Sequence record: ON529852.1
Length of the DNA stretch: 64,000 nt
Strand: one strand, 5' to 3'
Within the stretch, counting starts at the first letter, position 1; the number at the start of each line of letters is the position of its first letter. The position numbers and the translations under genes were made by a program. Under the pieces are notes generated by a model. The model had not been told where the DNA came from, ran no database searches, and was given only the letters and a program-made list of their open reading frames with translations. Positions 1 through 8,751 of this stretch are shown piece after piece.

Positions 1-90
1 GGCGGTGACGAACTGGACGATCGGAAGGTCGGGGATGTCCTTGAGTTTGCGCGGCATGGGGCCGGTCCAGTAGGAGACGAACGCAGTCAT
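1..90 (-). CDS. hypothetical protein (partial, runs off window edge)
   Basis: ATG at 90 overlaps stop of next upstream gene (ATGA); open frame MTAFVSYWTGPMPRKLKDIPDLPIVQFVTA to the edge. Confidence 0.6.
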   Translation of the reverse strand, partial: MTAFVSYWTGPMPRKLKDIPDLPIVQFVTA

Positions 91-365
91 CGCGCAGCGC
101 CCTGGCGCAGGCTGTCATAGACCCCCGAGGTGATGCCGGCGACCTCGCAGGCGGCCTTGCGGAAGATGCCGCGATAGGGTTCGGCGTGGGCCTCGATATG
201 GGTGATCACGTCGATGACCTCCAGGTCGGTCGACGCGGGGGTCAGCCGGGCGATCATGGCGGGGATCGGCGCCTCGGGGTGAAGGACGCCGGCCTCGCAG
301 CAGGCGTCGTCCGGCTCGGCCTTGATCTTCTCCAGCAGCCATTCGCGGGTGATGTGCATCTTCAT
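87..365 (-). CDS. hypothetical protein
   Basis: ORF in coupled minus-strand chain. Confidence 0.7.
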   Translation of the reverse strand: MKMHITREWLLEKIKAEPDDACCEAGVLHPEAPIPAMIARLTPASTDLEVIDVITHIEAHAEPYRGIFRKAACEVAGITSGVYDSLRQGAAR

Positions 366-610
366 GCCTTGATCTCCTCAGGCGGACGATCCAGCCAGCC
401 CGGTTCTGACTTGAACCGGACCGGCGCGGGCTCGTAGAGTTTCTCGATCGTCTCTCGTCGGCCCCAGTGTTGGACGTAGCCCTTGGCGTCGGTTACGACC
501 CAGGCCCCGACCCAAGGGCCGCTGACGACGCCCTCGAACTCCGCGAGGTTCTCGGCGGTGATCTGCTCGACGATGCAGGGCGCCGAACGACCCTTGAGGG
601 CGACCTTCAT
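362..610 (-). CDS. hypothetical protein
   Basis: Start moved to MKVALKG (ATGA overlap with stop at 607). Confidence 0.7.
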   Translation of the reverse strand: MKVALKGRSAPCIVEQITAENLAEFEGVVSGPWVGAWVVTDAKGYVQHWGRRETIEKLYEPAPVRFKSEPGWLDRPPEEIKA

Positions 611-1041
611 GCGCGGCGGCCGTCGCACGCCAGGCAGGCCATCAGCGCCAGGGTCAGGCCGGAGGCGGAGCCGGAGGCATCCACATGGAAGTAATCGTCC
701 GTGTGATCGTCCGTGATGTAACCGGGACCGGCGACCCAGGCGCGCACCTCAGTCGCACCGTCGTCTCCTGCGCCCGGCATGGTGCAGTAGCCATGCACCC
801 ACTGGGGCAGGATGGCCTCGATCAGCCGGACGATGGAATCCACGGAGGCGGTGTAGCGCGGGACCGGCGTGCGGTCCGAAGCCTGGGGGTAGAGCAACGC
901 GTGCAGGTCGCGATCAATGGCCCGATCGGCGCCCTTGACGAGGCGCTCGGACAGGGACTGGAGATGGGCCTTGGCGTCCGGGTCCAGCAGGATCGCGGGT
1001 TTCTGGACGGCGCCCGAGGCGGGATCGTAGGCTTCAGTCAA
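607..1041 (-). CDS. hypothetical phage protein
   Basis: ORF in coupled chain; no motif assigned. Confidence 0.7.
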   Translation of the reverse strand: MTEAYDPASGAVQKPAILLDPDAKAHLQSLSERLVKGADRAIDRDLHALLYPQASDRTPVPRYTASVDSIVRLIEAILPQWVHGYCTMPGAGDDGATEVRAWVAGPGYITDDHTDDYFHVDASGSASGLTLALMACLACDGRRA

Positions 1042-1468
1042 GGGTCGTGCTCCCCGGTTTGATAAGGGCTTTGCCGCGTCGCATCAGGTCGACCAGGAAC
1101 GGGCTGGGCGCACCCAGGGCCATGAACATCCGGACGAGCAACAGCTTGTGCGCCTTGGGGATGGTGATGGACTCGTCCGGGTTGATGACGCACAGGCGGG
1201 TGAGGGTTTTGGCGGCCTCTTCGCCGCCGGCGCGGTCCCGGTAGTGCAGGTCGAGGCGATCGACGAGCGTCTCTTCAGCCTCAGGCTCCCAGGGCCTGCC
1301 GTCCTGGAGCGCCAGCATCAGCGCGCGAATCTGACCGGCGACCACCGGGGCGTCGATCAGATTGTCGCGTTCAGCGAACTCGTCGAGCATCCCCGCCGCC
1401 GCCGCCATGACGTCGGGCAGCGGGGTGCGGCCGATCTTGTGCGGGACCTTCCGGGTCAGGAACTCCAC
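1034..1468 (-). CDS. hypothetical protein
   Basis: ORF in coupled chain. Confidence 0.7.
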   Translation of the reverse strand: MEFLTRKVPHKIGRTPLPDVMAAAAGMLDEFAERDNLIDAPVVAGQIRALMLALQDGRPWEPEAEETLVDRLDLHYRDRAGGEEAAKTLTRLCVINPDESITIPKAHKLLLVRMFMALGAPSPFLVDLMRRGKALIKPGSTTLD

Positions 1469-1470
1469 GC

Positions 1471-1758
1471 TTAGGCGCTCGTCTTGGCCTTGGTGCGGCT
1501 GGCCGGCGACAGGGCGTCAGGCCCCTCGAATTCCAGGCCCTTGTAGAAGTGCGAGACCGGCTTGCCCAACAGGCTCGCCAGGGCGAACAGGTTGTCCACC
1601 GTGATGCGGCGGTTGCCCTTCTCATAGTGGTGCATCGCCACTTCGGAGATGCCCATGCCGCGCGCCAGTTCGGCGCGGCTCAAACCACGCTTCTCGCGGG
1701 TCTCGGCGACGACGGCGCCGACATGATCGGAAACGCGTTGATCGGTAGGTCTGGGCAT
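1471..1758 (-). CDS. XRE/Cro-family helix-turn-helix transcriptional regulator
   Basis: VAETREKRGLSRAELARGMGISEVAMHHYEKGNRRITVDNLFALASLLGKPVSHFY is a typical HTH_3 pattern. Confidence 0.9.
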   Translation of the reverse strand: MPRPTDQRVSDHVGAVVAETREKRGLSRAELARGMGISEVAMHHYEKGNRRITVDNLFALASLLGKPVSHFYKGLEFEGPDALSPASRTKAKTSA

Positions 1759-1771
1759 GGAATGTCCTTTC

Positions 1772-2242
1772 TTAGAACGGATTGACGGCGGCCTCGAAGG
1801 CCGCGATGAACTGGTGATGACGGTCCACAGGCTTGGCGGTCATCCGCGCGGCGAGCGCGTTCAACCCCTGGCGATTACGCACGAACCCCGTCAGCCAGTC
1901 CGGCACCTGGTAGGCGGTATGCCCGGTCTCCACGCATTGGATCGACAGGGTCTGATTCCGCTTGACCACGAAATAGGTGAACACCGCCGGATCATCCTTG
2001 GTGTAGGGCAGGGCCGGCTGGAACCACCGCAACAGGCGACGGGCTTGCTGCCGGGCGTAGACGCCGGCCTCGAAATCGCCAGACCGACCCGAGCCGATCA
2101 GCGGAATCTTGTGACGTGATCCGTCCGGCGCGATGATCCGCGCCATGTTGTGCTTCTTGGCGGGCTCGAAATCCACACGGAATCCTTCGGGCTCCAGCAC
2201 CGCACGGATGGCGTCAAGACCGGCTCGTTCATGGGATGTCAT
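1772..2242 (-). CDS. hypothetical protein
   Basis: First gene after promoter repeat at 2267; GGAGGG RBS. Confidence 0.75.
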   Translation of the reverse strand: MTSHERAGLDAIRAVLEPEGFRVDFEPAKKHNMARIIAPDGSRHKIPLIGSGRSGDFEAGVYARQQARRLLRWFQPALPYTKDDPAVFTYFVVKRNQTLSIQCVETGHTAYQVPDWLTGFVRNRQGLNALAARMTAKPVDRHHQFIAAFEAAVNPF

Positions 2243-2266
2243 AGCGCCCTCCTTTCCCTCTGCGCT

Positions 2267-2292
2267 GTAAAGGAACGAGAGCGGGATGTCAA
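2267..2292 (-). promoter_or_regulatory. conserved phage promoter repeat (class I)
   Basis: TTGACA-TCCCGCTCTC-GTTCCTTTAC; 17-nt spacer to a TACAGC -10-like hexamer. Confidence 0.8.
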
Positions 2293-2308
2293 ACTATTTG
2301 TTAAGCCT

Positions 2309-2695
2309 TCAGGGCGCTCTGCCAAGAATCTCGGCAGCCTTTGCCCATGCTCTTTGGGTCGGTGGCACGATCACGGGAAGGCGCATGTTGTAGCGCGAGG
2401 CGCTGACCACGTTGGCGACCCACTCCAGTTGCTGGTCCCGCAGCCGGGCGAACCAGTATTGCGCCACCAGACGCTCTTCGTCGCCGCCGTCCTGCGCCCG
2501 ACGCTTGGCGTCTTCTGTATCCTGGCGCGCGGACGCCAGCAGGCCTTTGAGGTCATCAGCGTCGACCGTCTCACGGGCCTCGCTGAAACCGCGCAAGGCT
2601 CCGGCGCGCTTGTAGGGGTCGGTATAGGCCAGGCCCACCTCGGCCTCGCCGTCGGCGCAGATGCGCCCGACAAACTCTCTATAGGAAAGCCCCAT
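2309..2695 (-). CDS. hypothetical protein
   Basis: ORF in coupled chain. Confidence 0.7.
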   Translation of the reverse strand: MGLSYREFVGRICADGEAEVGLAYTDPYKRAGALRGFSEARETVDADDLKGLLASARQDTEDAKRRAQDGGDEERLVAQYWFARLRDQQLEWVANVVSASRYNMRLPVIVPPTQRAWAKAAEILGRAP

Positions 2696-3369
2696 CAGGA
2701 TTCCCCCTCCTCCGGCGACAGTTCATCCAGCGGTCCGAGGGACCAGTCCGGCCCCAGCGACCCGCTATGCAGCGCGGCGTTGCGCGCAGATTGGCGCAGC
2801 GTGAGAAGTTGGCTCTTGGTGAGGTGGAGCGTGCGCGCGTCCTCGGATTCCGCCCGAATCGCCCTCAGATAGAGCCACAGAAGGATTTGCAGCCCGCCGA
2901 ACACGGCGCCGGCGATAAATCCCGGCAGGCCCATGAGGTAGACCGATGCGGCGATGATGCTCGCGGCGCCCGACCAGACGAGGGCGATTCGCCGCGCCTT
3001 ACGCGCCATCTGGCGCTCGATCCGCTCAACCGCCTCCGCCCGCTCGGCGGCGGCGGCTTCGAAATGCGCCTTGACGAGTTCGGTGTGTTCGCGGCGCAGG
3101 CGATCCAGGGTCTGCTGCTGCCGCCGGTAGAGGTCCTTGTTGCCGGGTTCGTTCAGCCAAGCGATCAGGGCGTCGTCGCGCGCCTTCCGCACGGCCCGTT
3201 CAGCCTGAGCACGTTCGACCCGCGCCAGAAGCAACTCATCGGACTCGTGGATCGACGAGGCGGCGGAACCACCGGATGAACGGTGCGACGCACTGGAACC
3301 GTTGTCCATGAACGCCAAGGGCAGCAGCCCTGGGTTGGCGACGCCCAGGGCGAGAAAATCGGCGTTCAT
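2695..3369 (-). CDS. membrane protein with coiled-coil region
   Basis: Two hydrophobic segments (IALVWSGAASIIAASVYLMGL / FIAGAVFGGLQILLWLYL) after a charged helix. Confidence 0.7.
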   Translation of the reverse strand: MNADFLALGVANPGLLPLAFMDNGSSASHRSSGGSAASSIHESDELLLARVERAQAERAVRKARDDALIAWLNEPGNKDLYRRQQQTLDRLRREHTELVKAHFEAAAAERAEAVERIERQMARKARRIALVWSGAASIIAASVYLMGLPGFIAGAVFGGLQILLWLYLRAIRAESEDARTLHLTKSQLLTLRQSARNAALHSGSLGPDWSLGPLDELSPEEGES

Positions 3370-3404
3370 GGGAGGCTCCTTTGGTTTTCAGCTACGGTCC
3401 TGCC

Positions 3405-3430
3405 GTAAAGGAATGATGCGCGGGTGTCAA
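3405..3430 (-). promoter_or_regulatory. conserved phage promoter repeat (class I)
   Basis: TTGACA-CCCGCGCATC-ATTCCTTTAC. Confidence 0.8.
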
Positions 3431-3438
3431 CAACGGCG

Positions 3439-3492
3439 TCACTCGTGCGCTACGCGCCCTCGTGACCGGCTGCCGCCGGCCCACCTTCGGTC
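3439..3492. repeat. 54-bp structured repeat, copy A (copy B at 51791-51844)
   Basis: 27 of first 28 nt identical to copy B; lies 8 nt from the -35 box in both copies. Confidence 0.85.
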
Positions 3493-3869
3493 TCCGGGAT
3501 CAGCGTGTCGGGCGCCGTCATCACGGTCTCCACCGTGCCGATACGGCCGCCGCGCCTCCAACGGTCGCGCTGCCAGATCAACCACCGATCGTAGAGCAGG
3601 TCCGCCAGCATATCCAGCTTGGCGCCCAGCAGCGGGTGGCTGTCCCGGACCTGAGCCTGCGCGACCTTCGTCACGCTAAACCAATCTCGGAGATCATTTT
3701 CGGGCAGATCATTGCGGCGGATCACCTTCATGGACATCCCTCGAAACGTCTGCGCCAGGTGATCGACTTTGTCGGGGTGCTCCTCCAGAAAGGCACGCAG
3801 AATCGGCCGCGCCTCGGCCGGTGTGCAGGTCAGGGTCTGGATGCGGTGCAGGCCAGGATAGACGATCAT
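3450..3869 (-). CDS. hypothetical protein
   Basis: ORF in coupled chain; C-terminus runs into repeat copy A. Confidence 0.7.
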   Translation of the reverse strand: MIVYPGLHRIQTLTCTPAEARPILRAFLEEHPDKVDHLAQTFRGMSMKVIRRNDLPENDLRDWFSVTKVAQAQVRDSHPLLGAKLDMLADLLYDRWLIWQRDRWRRGGRIGTVETVMTAPDTLIPETEGGPAAAGHEGA

Positions 3870-4126
3870 CGGCCCGCTTTGCGCGCCTGTTCGTCGGCGC
3901 AGTTCGGGTCGCCGTAGCCTCCATGCATGGGGGATGTGCAGCCCGCCATGCAGGCCCAGTTGCAGGGGTGCTCTTCCGGCGCGAGCGGCTCCGCCAGGGC
4001 GACGCGCACCGCCTCCACCATGACGTCGTTCTGGGTCCGATTGTTGCGGAAGGCGTGGACGCGCAGCTTCTCAGCCAGTTCCGGCGGAAGGTAGAAGGTG
4101 CGGCCGACAGGACGATCGCTCACCAT
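3866..4126 (-). CDS. ribbon-helix-helix (CopG/Arc-like) DNA-binding protein
   Basis: RTFYLPPELAEKLRVHAFRNNRTQNDVMVEAVRVAL fits the RHH beta-alpha-alpha pattern. Confidence 0.7.
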   Translation of the reverse strand: MVSDRPVGRTFYLPPELAEKLRVHAFRNNRTQNDVMVEAVRVALAEPLAPEEHPCNWACMAGCTSPMHGGYGDPNCADEQARKAGR

Positions 4127-4434
4127 CCGTCTCCCGCTTCACCGGGCAGGCTGCTCAGGTATCGCTGCCGTTCTTCCTCATCGAATTCGCGCTGGAAGGC
4201 CGCCTCGCGCTCCTGCTCCTCACGCTCCCACCGGGCTTCCAGGTGCTCTTGGTAGACGGCGTTGGCGCCGGCGCCCCAGTAGTCGCATTCCAGGCCGCAA
4301 GAGCGGCACTTCTCCCTCGACACCGTTTCCAGGTAGTCGGTGGAGTTGCATTTCGGGCAGCGCGTGCGTCGGTTGGTCGCCTGGATCGGGGCGCCGGTGT
4401 CGACGTGGCCGTTGCGGTAGCGCGGATAGGTCAT
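4120..4434 (-). CDS. zinc-ribbon protein
   Basis: Start at MTYPRY; CPKC...CRSC motifs; acidic C-terminal helix. Confidence 0.7.
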   Translation of the reverse strand: MTYPRYRNGHVDTGAPIQATNRRTRCPKCNSTDYLETVSREKCRSCGLECDYWGAGANAVYQEHLEARWEREEQEREAAFQREFDEEERQRYLSSLPGEAGDGW

Positions 4435-4805
4435 GCCGACGCCTTCCGGACTTTCACGACCTTGCCGCGCGCGTTGATCTTCAGCGAGCCCGTTTTCAGG
4501 CCGTCCACGGCGGTGCGGATCGCCGCCACCATGACGTCGTTGCGACTCATGTTTGCCCGGAAGGCCATCGCTTGGAGGTCCTGATCCATATCGAACGGCA
4601 GGAAGACGGTTCGGAGCACCGAACGCGCCTCCGCCTCCAGACGCGGCAGGCTCTGGGTGATCTCGTAGGATTGACGAACATTCCATCCCTGGGAATTCTG
4701 ACTGTGTCGGTCCACCAGGGCGACCGCCCCGTCATAGGTGCAGGACTGACCGACGATCTCCGCGTCGCCGTCCATGGAGCGGGGCAGGATGACGTAATAG
4801 GTCAT
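4431..4805 (-). CDS. protein with C-terminal ribbon-helix-helix domain
   Basis: RTVFLPFDMDQDLQAMAFRANMSRNDVMVAAIRTAV aligns with the RHH of 3866-4126. Confidence 0.65.
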   Translation of the reverse strand: MTYYVILPRSMDGDAEIVGQSCTYDGAVALVDRHSQNSQGWNVRQSYEITQSLPRLEAEARSVLRTVFLPFDMDQDLQAMAFRANMSRNDVMVAAIRTAVDGLKTGSLKINARGKVVKVRKASA

Positions 4806-5425
4806 GAGCCCGACACCCGGCAGCCCGCCGCGCGCACCTCAGCGACGAACTCGCCCAGGGAGACGCGTCCGTCGGTCATCGCCAGATTGGACCGCAGGCC
4901 GACGTTGTTCGTCAGGTCGACGCGGGCGGGCTGCGGCGGGTTCAGCCGCAGGCGGCGGTCCGTCGGGTCCTCGTAGGCTTCACCCTCTTCATAAGGGTCG
5001 AAGTTGAGGTGTTCGGGCCGCACGCCCGTGACGTCTTCCTCGACCACGTAGGTGATGGTGAACTCCAGGTCATGGCGCGCCGTGTCCGCTGTGGGTTCGG
5101 CGCCGTCCACGTCTTCGTCCTGGGTCACGCGACCCACCACCGGCAACCGGTGGGCATCCACGTACTGCCGCAGGGCCAAACGCGCCAGTTCATTGGCCTC
5201 GTCGTCGCTCAGCAGGTCGGCCTCGTCTTCTCCGTCTTCGGGGGCTTCGATGTAGTCCGAAAAATAGGTCAGGCTGAACACCTGCACCCGTGTCGGGAAG
5301 GTGATGGCCCGGCCGCCGCGCGCGTTCGTGCGCCGTCCGCAGCCCAGGGACACCTCCACCGAGGGCGCATCCAGGACATAGCGGCTGGCGAGGAAGGCTT
5401 CAGGGGTTGTCGGGGGCGTCGTCAT
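4802..5425 (-). CDS. hypothetical acidic protein
   Basis: ORF in coupled chain. Confidence 0.7.
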   Translation of the reverse strand: MTTPPTTPEAFLASRYVLDAPSVEVSLGCGRRTNARGGRAITFPTRVQVFSLTYFSDYIEAPEDGEDEADLLSDDEANELARLALRQYVDAHRLPVVGRVTQDEDVDGAEPTADTARHDLEFTITYVVEEDVTGVRPEHLNFDPYEEGEAYEDPTDRRLRLNPPQPARVDLTNNVGLRSNLAMTDGRVSLGEFVAEVRAAGCRVSGS

Positions 5426-6110
5426 GCATGACCTCCTCGCCGTCGATAAACAGGATGCCGGCGCCGTCGTTGGCGTCCAGCGCGGCGAGGTAGGCGCGCC
5501 ACCCCGCGTCCGTAATGGGCGGGTTCCCCGGCGGATCGCCCAGGATGAAGTGGGTCGTCATAGCCGCGTAGGCTTCGAGGTCCTGCGCCATCTGCTCGGC
5601 GACCGCCTCGGGCACGACGCCGTCAGGGAACAGCGGCGGCGTCGTTTCGTCCGTCCAGAGCGGGGACGACCAGGTGGACAGGGTCATGCCTATGCGGGCG
5701 GGCCACTCCTGAGGGAACAAGCGGGTGAACCATTCCTTGACCTTCTCGCGCTGCTCGGGCGTGTCGGGACCACTGACGTCGTCGATGATCTGCAACGGCG
5801 ACTGGTCGCGCCAGTGCGTCAGGAGGTCTTCCATCGCCTGCCGCTGGTGCGGGTAGAGGCCGTCAGTCTCGATGTCCATGAGGACGGTAGGCGGCGACGC
5901 CAGCCCAGCGCGGGCGCGACTGACGTGGCGGCCGGTGCCGGCGCAGACGCGGCAGCGCTTATAGTAGGGCGGCATGGTCATGTAGACGTCAGGACCGCCA
6001 CGCTTCAGTTGCGCCAGGTATTCATCTTCCCCGTCCACACGGCCGGTCCCCTCGCAGGTCTGGCAACGCAGCGGCTCCAGGTCGTAGCTATGGATGTAGG
6101 TGATGGTCAC
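5400..6110 (-). CDS. protein with DnaJ-type CxxCxGxG zinc-finger repeats
   Basis: GTG start overlapping stop at 6107; CQTCEGTG and CRVCAGTG. Confidence 0.65.
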   Translation of the reverse strand: MTITYIHSYDLEPLRCQTCEGTGRVDGEDEYLAQLKRGGPDVYMTMPPYYKRCRVCAGTGRHVSRARAGLASPPTVLMDIETDGLYPHQRQAMEDLLTHWRDQSPLQIIDDVSGPDTPEQREKVKEWFTRLFPQEWPARIGMTLSTWSSPLWTDETTPPLFPDGVVPEAVAEQMAQDLEAYAAMTTHFILGDPPGNPPITDAGWRAYLAALDANDGAGILFIDGEEVMHDDAPDNP

Positions 6111-6721
6111 GCGGGCATCTCGGTGAAGACGTCTTCGGTCATGTGATAGGATCGGCGCGAGACGATTCGCAGGGCCTCGTCGCCCCGACGGAAATCGCCG
6201 CACCGGGCTTTCGCCAAGGCGAGGGAATGGAATTCCACCACATCGCCGAGGCTCAGGCCGATGTCCCGCCATTCCTCGCCGACCCTGCGCTGCACGAAAT
6301 GGGTTTCGTCCCATTGGCTTCGGGCCTGGGGGCGGACGACGGGCAGCGTGGGGTTCTGGATATGGGCGACGAGCGCCTTCAACGCCCGGTCCAGGTCGGG
6401 CGCGGAATCCAGGTCTCCCTCGTCATCCGGCGGCGGCGGCGTGTCCCAGCTAAAGGCGGCCGTGCCCCGCATGAGCGTGGCGAGGTCCAGGGTCTCCAGC
6501 ACCTTCAAGGCGAGACGGGCATGATCCAGGAAGGTGGTCCAGGCAGGCCCGCCCCGATCCACCTTGGCCTTCTGATCGAAGTCGAACCAATGCTCGTCTT
6601 CAATGTGCCCCTCGGCCAGGCAGATGGCGCGCGCCATCTTCTCCAGCGCCGGGTGGATCGTCGTGATGTCGACCAGCGGCTCGCGCGGGACGGCGCAGGG
6701 CGGGGGCGCGTCAGCGGCCAT
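6107..6721 (-). CDS. hypothetical protein
   Basis: Start moved to MAADAPPP. Confidence 0.7.
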   Translation of the reverse strand: MAADAPPPCAVPREPLVDITTIHPALEKMARAICLAEGHIEDEHWFDFDQKAKVDRGGPAWTTFLDHARLALKVLETLDLATLMRGTAAFSWDTPPPPDDEGDLDSAPDLDRALKALVAHIQNPTLPVVRPQARSQWDETHFVQRRVGEEWRDIGLSLGDVVEFHSLALAKARCGDFRRGDEALRIVSRRSYHMTEDVFTEMPA

Positions 6722-7313
6722 GAAGCGCTTCCTTGTGTTGATCCAGAAAGGCCTGGGCGGAGGCCCCAGCGGCGGATTGCTGCGCCCCTTCTCCGCCGCC
6801 CTGGGCGATCGCCGACAGCACGTCGAGGGCGCGGTCCAGCAGGGTCGCTTCATGATAGGCGCGGTAAGCCATCTGCAAGGCCTGGGTCAGCAGGGTGCTT
6901 TCGCTGCGCTCCCACCCCTGGTGCTGATCCAGCAGGGTGAGGTGGCCTGCTTTGTCGTGCTGGAGGAGGTCCAGCAGGGCGTCGGGCGTCAACCAGCCTT
7001 CGCGGTCGGTGCGCACAAAGGCCGCATGGGTGTCGCGGGCGGTGATGCTGACGTTGGTCCCGCCGACATGGTTGGTGCGGATGGTCAGGGCGTTGGTATC
7101 GCGGATCACGAAGCCGAGGCTGGTCGAGCCGTCGGCGGCGAAGGCCCGGACGGTGACGTCGGACCCTTCATCCTGCTCGATTTTCGGCTCCAGATAGAGG
7201 ACGAGGTCGCCGCCGGCGCAGGCCGGACAGGGCTTCATGACCGGACCGTGGTCGGTCGGGACCTTGATCTCGTGGCGGTCGCCGCAGAGGCGGCAACGGA
7301 TGTCAGCGTCCAA
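6711..7313 (-). CDS. hypothetical protein with N-terminal zinc ribbon
   Basis: CRLC...CPAC. Confidence 0.7.
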   Translation of the reverse strand: MDADIRCRLCGDRHEIKVPTDHGPVMKPCPACAGGDLVLYLEPKIEQDEGSDVTVRAFAADGSTSLGFVIRDTNALTIRTNHVGGTNVSITARDTHAAFVRTDREGWLTPDALLDLLQHDKAGHLTLLDQHQGWERSESTLLTQALQMAYRAYHEATLLDRALDVLSAIAQGGGEGAQQSAAGASAQAFLDQHKEALHGR

Positions 7314-7518
7314 GGCGACCCTCCAGGAGAATCAGGCCTGTATGCGCGGCCTGGGCCTCGCGCAGCCGCGTCGCCGCTTCGGTCATGTGGCTGGGCTGGG
7401 CCAGCACCATGGCGTCGATCGCCGCCGAAACCCGATCCCAGGATTGGATCACGGCGTCGGAGAGGGCGGGTCGGGGCACGTAGTCGCCGCCCAGCCCGTC
7501 CATGCCGGCCCGACTCAC
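7303..7518 (-). CDS. hypothetical protein
   Basis: ORF in coupled chain. Confidence 0.6.
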   Translation of the reverse strand: MSRAGMDGLGGDYVPRPALSDAVIQSWDRVSAAIDAMVLAQPSHMTEAATRLREAQAAHTGLILLEGRLGR

Positions 7519-7748
7519 GACGTCAGTCTCCGGTCGATCCAGTAGATGTCGTCGTCGCGCGATGACGTCGCCTTGATGACGTAGCCGATCAGGTCGCCGT
7601 TGTGGCGCCAGTCGACGCGCGGCGGCAGGCCGGGCACGGGGTTTTCAAAGGCGAGGCCGCCATGGCGCATCTCGTAACGGCGCACGGCGTCATAGAAGGC
7701 GCGCTTGCCGATGCGGCGGTAGTCGGAACGAAGCATGGCCTGGATCAC
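7515..7748 (-). CDS. hypothetical protein
   Basis: GTG start overlapping stop at 7745. Confidence 0.6.
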   Translation of the reverse strand: MIQAMLRSDYRRIGKRAFYDAVRRYEMRHGGLAFENPVPGLPPRVDWRHNGDLIGYVIKATSSRDDDIYWIDRRLTS

Positions 7749-8536
7749 GAGCGCGTCGCCTGCTCGACCATGACGTCTACGGAGCAGTCGTCGCACAGCC
7801 GTTTCCCGTCGACGATGTTCTCGTTGCCGGGGGCGCCGCCAGACACGCCGTGGCATGCCTCGCAGTTGTCGGGTCCCGGCGCCACGGACAGGCTGCTCGC
7901 CAGGCCGCCGGCATTCTCCAGGTCGGTATGGATTGTATCAAACAGGGCGCGCTCGCCGTCCTGGAGGTGCAGGGCGTCCTCTACCTGGAAGAGGTCATCG
8001 CGCGCGCCCTGGATCAGGGTCGCGGCCTCGGCCGCCATGGCGGCGTGCTTCTCCAGCGGCTCCAGGGTGCGGGCGATCCGCATCGACATGATCAGGTCCG
8101 ACTGGGCCTTGTCCCGCAGGTCGGCCGGCACGCGGTCTTCCTGGAGGGCGCGTTCCAGATCAACCGCCCATTGGCGGTGATGGGTGACGATCTCGGCCAG
8201 GGTCAGCGGCGGGACCTTGTTCTCGGCGCGCCCTGGCAGATAGCCCAGTTGGGTCTGGATGCCGTCCGGATAGCCCAGCGCCTTGTCGCGGGCCGACATG
8301 CGCTCCGCCGGCTGCGGATTCTTGGGATCATGCAGCGGCCGCGCGACGGCGTCCTCCAGCTTGCGGAAGACGTCGACGAAGTCGCGCGTCTCCGACCACA
8401 GCAGAATCTGACCCACGGAGACGGGCAGGCCGTCGATGTATTGCACCTCGTGGAGGCCGTATTCCGGGCCGTCCTCGGTCCGGTATTCCACCACCCGGAA
8501 GCCCCAGGTGCGGACCGATTCCACTTCATCAGCCAT
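7745..8536 (-). CDS. hypothetical protein with C-terminal zinc finger
   Basis: CEACHG...LCDDC at C-terminus. Confidence 0.7.
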   Translation of the reverse strand: MADEVESVRTWGFRVVEYRTEDGPEYGLHEVQYIDGLPVSVGQILLWSETRDFVDVFRKLEDAVARPLHDPKNPQPAERMSARDKALGYPDGIQTQLGYLPGRAENKVPPLTLAEIVTHHRQWAVDLERALQEDRVPADLRDKAQSDLIMSMRIARTLEPLEKHAAMAAEAATLIQGARDDLFQVEDALHLQDGERALFDTIHTDLENAGGLASSLSVAPGPDNCEACHGVSGGAPGNENIVDGKRLCDDCSVDVMVEQATRS

Positions 8537-8675
8537 GCAGATACATCTCCTTGTCGTCGTAGCGGCTCCAATGGAGCCCGGCGTAGACCGCCAGCGCGAG
8601 AGGGATCGCCACCACCAGAAGAACCAGGGCCGCCGGGATCATCCACAGCAGGTTGAGGGCTTCGAGATCGGTCAC
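8529..8675 (-). CDS. small membrane protein (48 aa, not in ORF track)
   Basis: Hand-translated MTDLEALNLLWMIPAALVLLVVAIPLALAVYAGLHWSRYDDKEMYLHG; AAGGGAG RBS; follows promoter at 8709. Confidence 0.65.
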   Translation of the reverse strand: MTDLEALNLLWMIPAALVLLVVAIPLALAVYAGLHWSRYDDKEMYLHG

Positions 8676-8708
8676 GGTCGTCTCCCTTATCATTTTGTTA
8701 CGACCACG

Positions 8709-8734
8709 CTAGTCTGTGCCGCCAATCCTGACAA
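8709..8734 (-). promoter_or_regulatory. sigma70-like promoter (class II, no ATTCCTT box)
   Basis: TTGTCA-17nt-TAGCGT in intergenic gap. Confidence 0.5.
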
Positions 8735-8751
8735 GAGGCGCCAGCGATTTT

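Noticed and set aside
2287-2305. Possible CtrA box (TTAA-N7-TTTG) next to the 2267 promoter
   Set aside because: Only one good half-site and not repeated at other promoters.
3439-3492. 54-bp repeat or the ncRNA as a self-cleaving ribozyme
   Set aside because: No hammerhead (CUGAUGA/GAAA) or other recognisable catalytic core on either strand.
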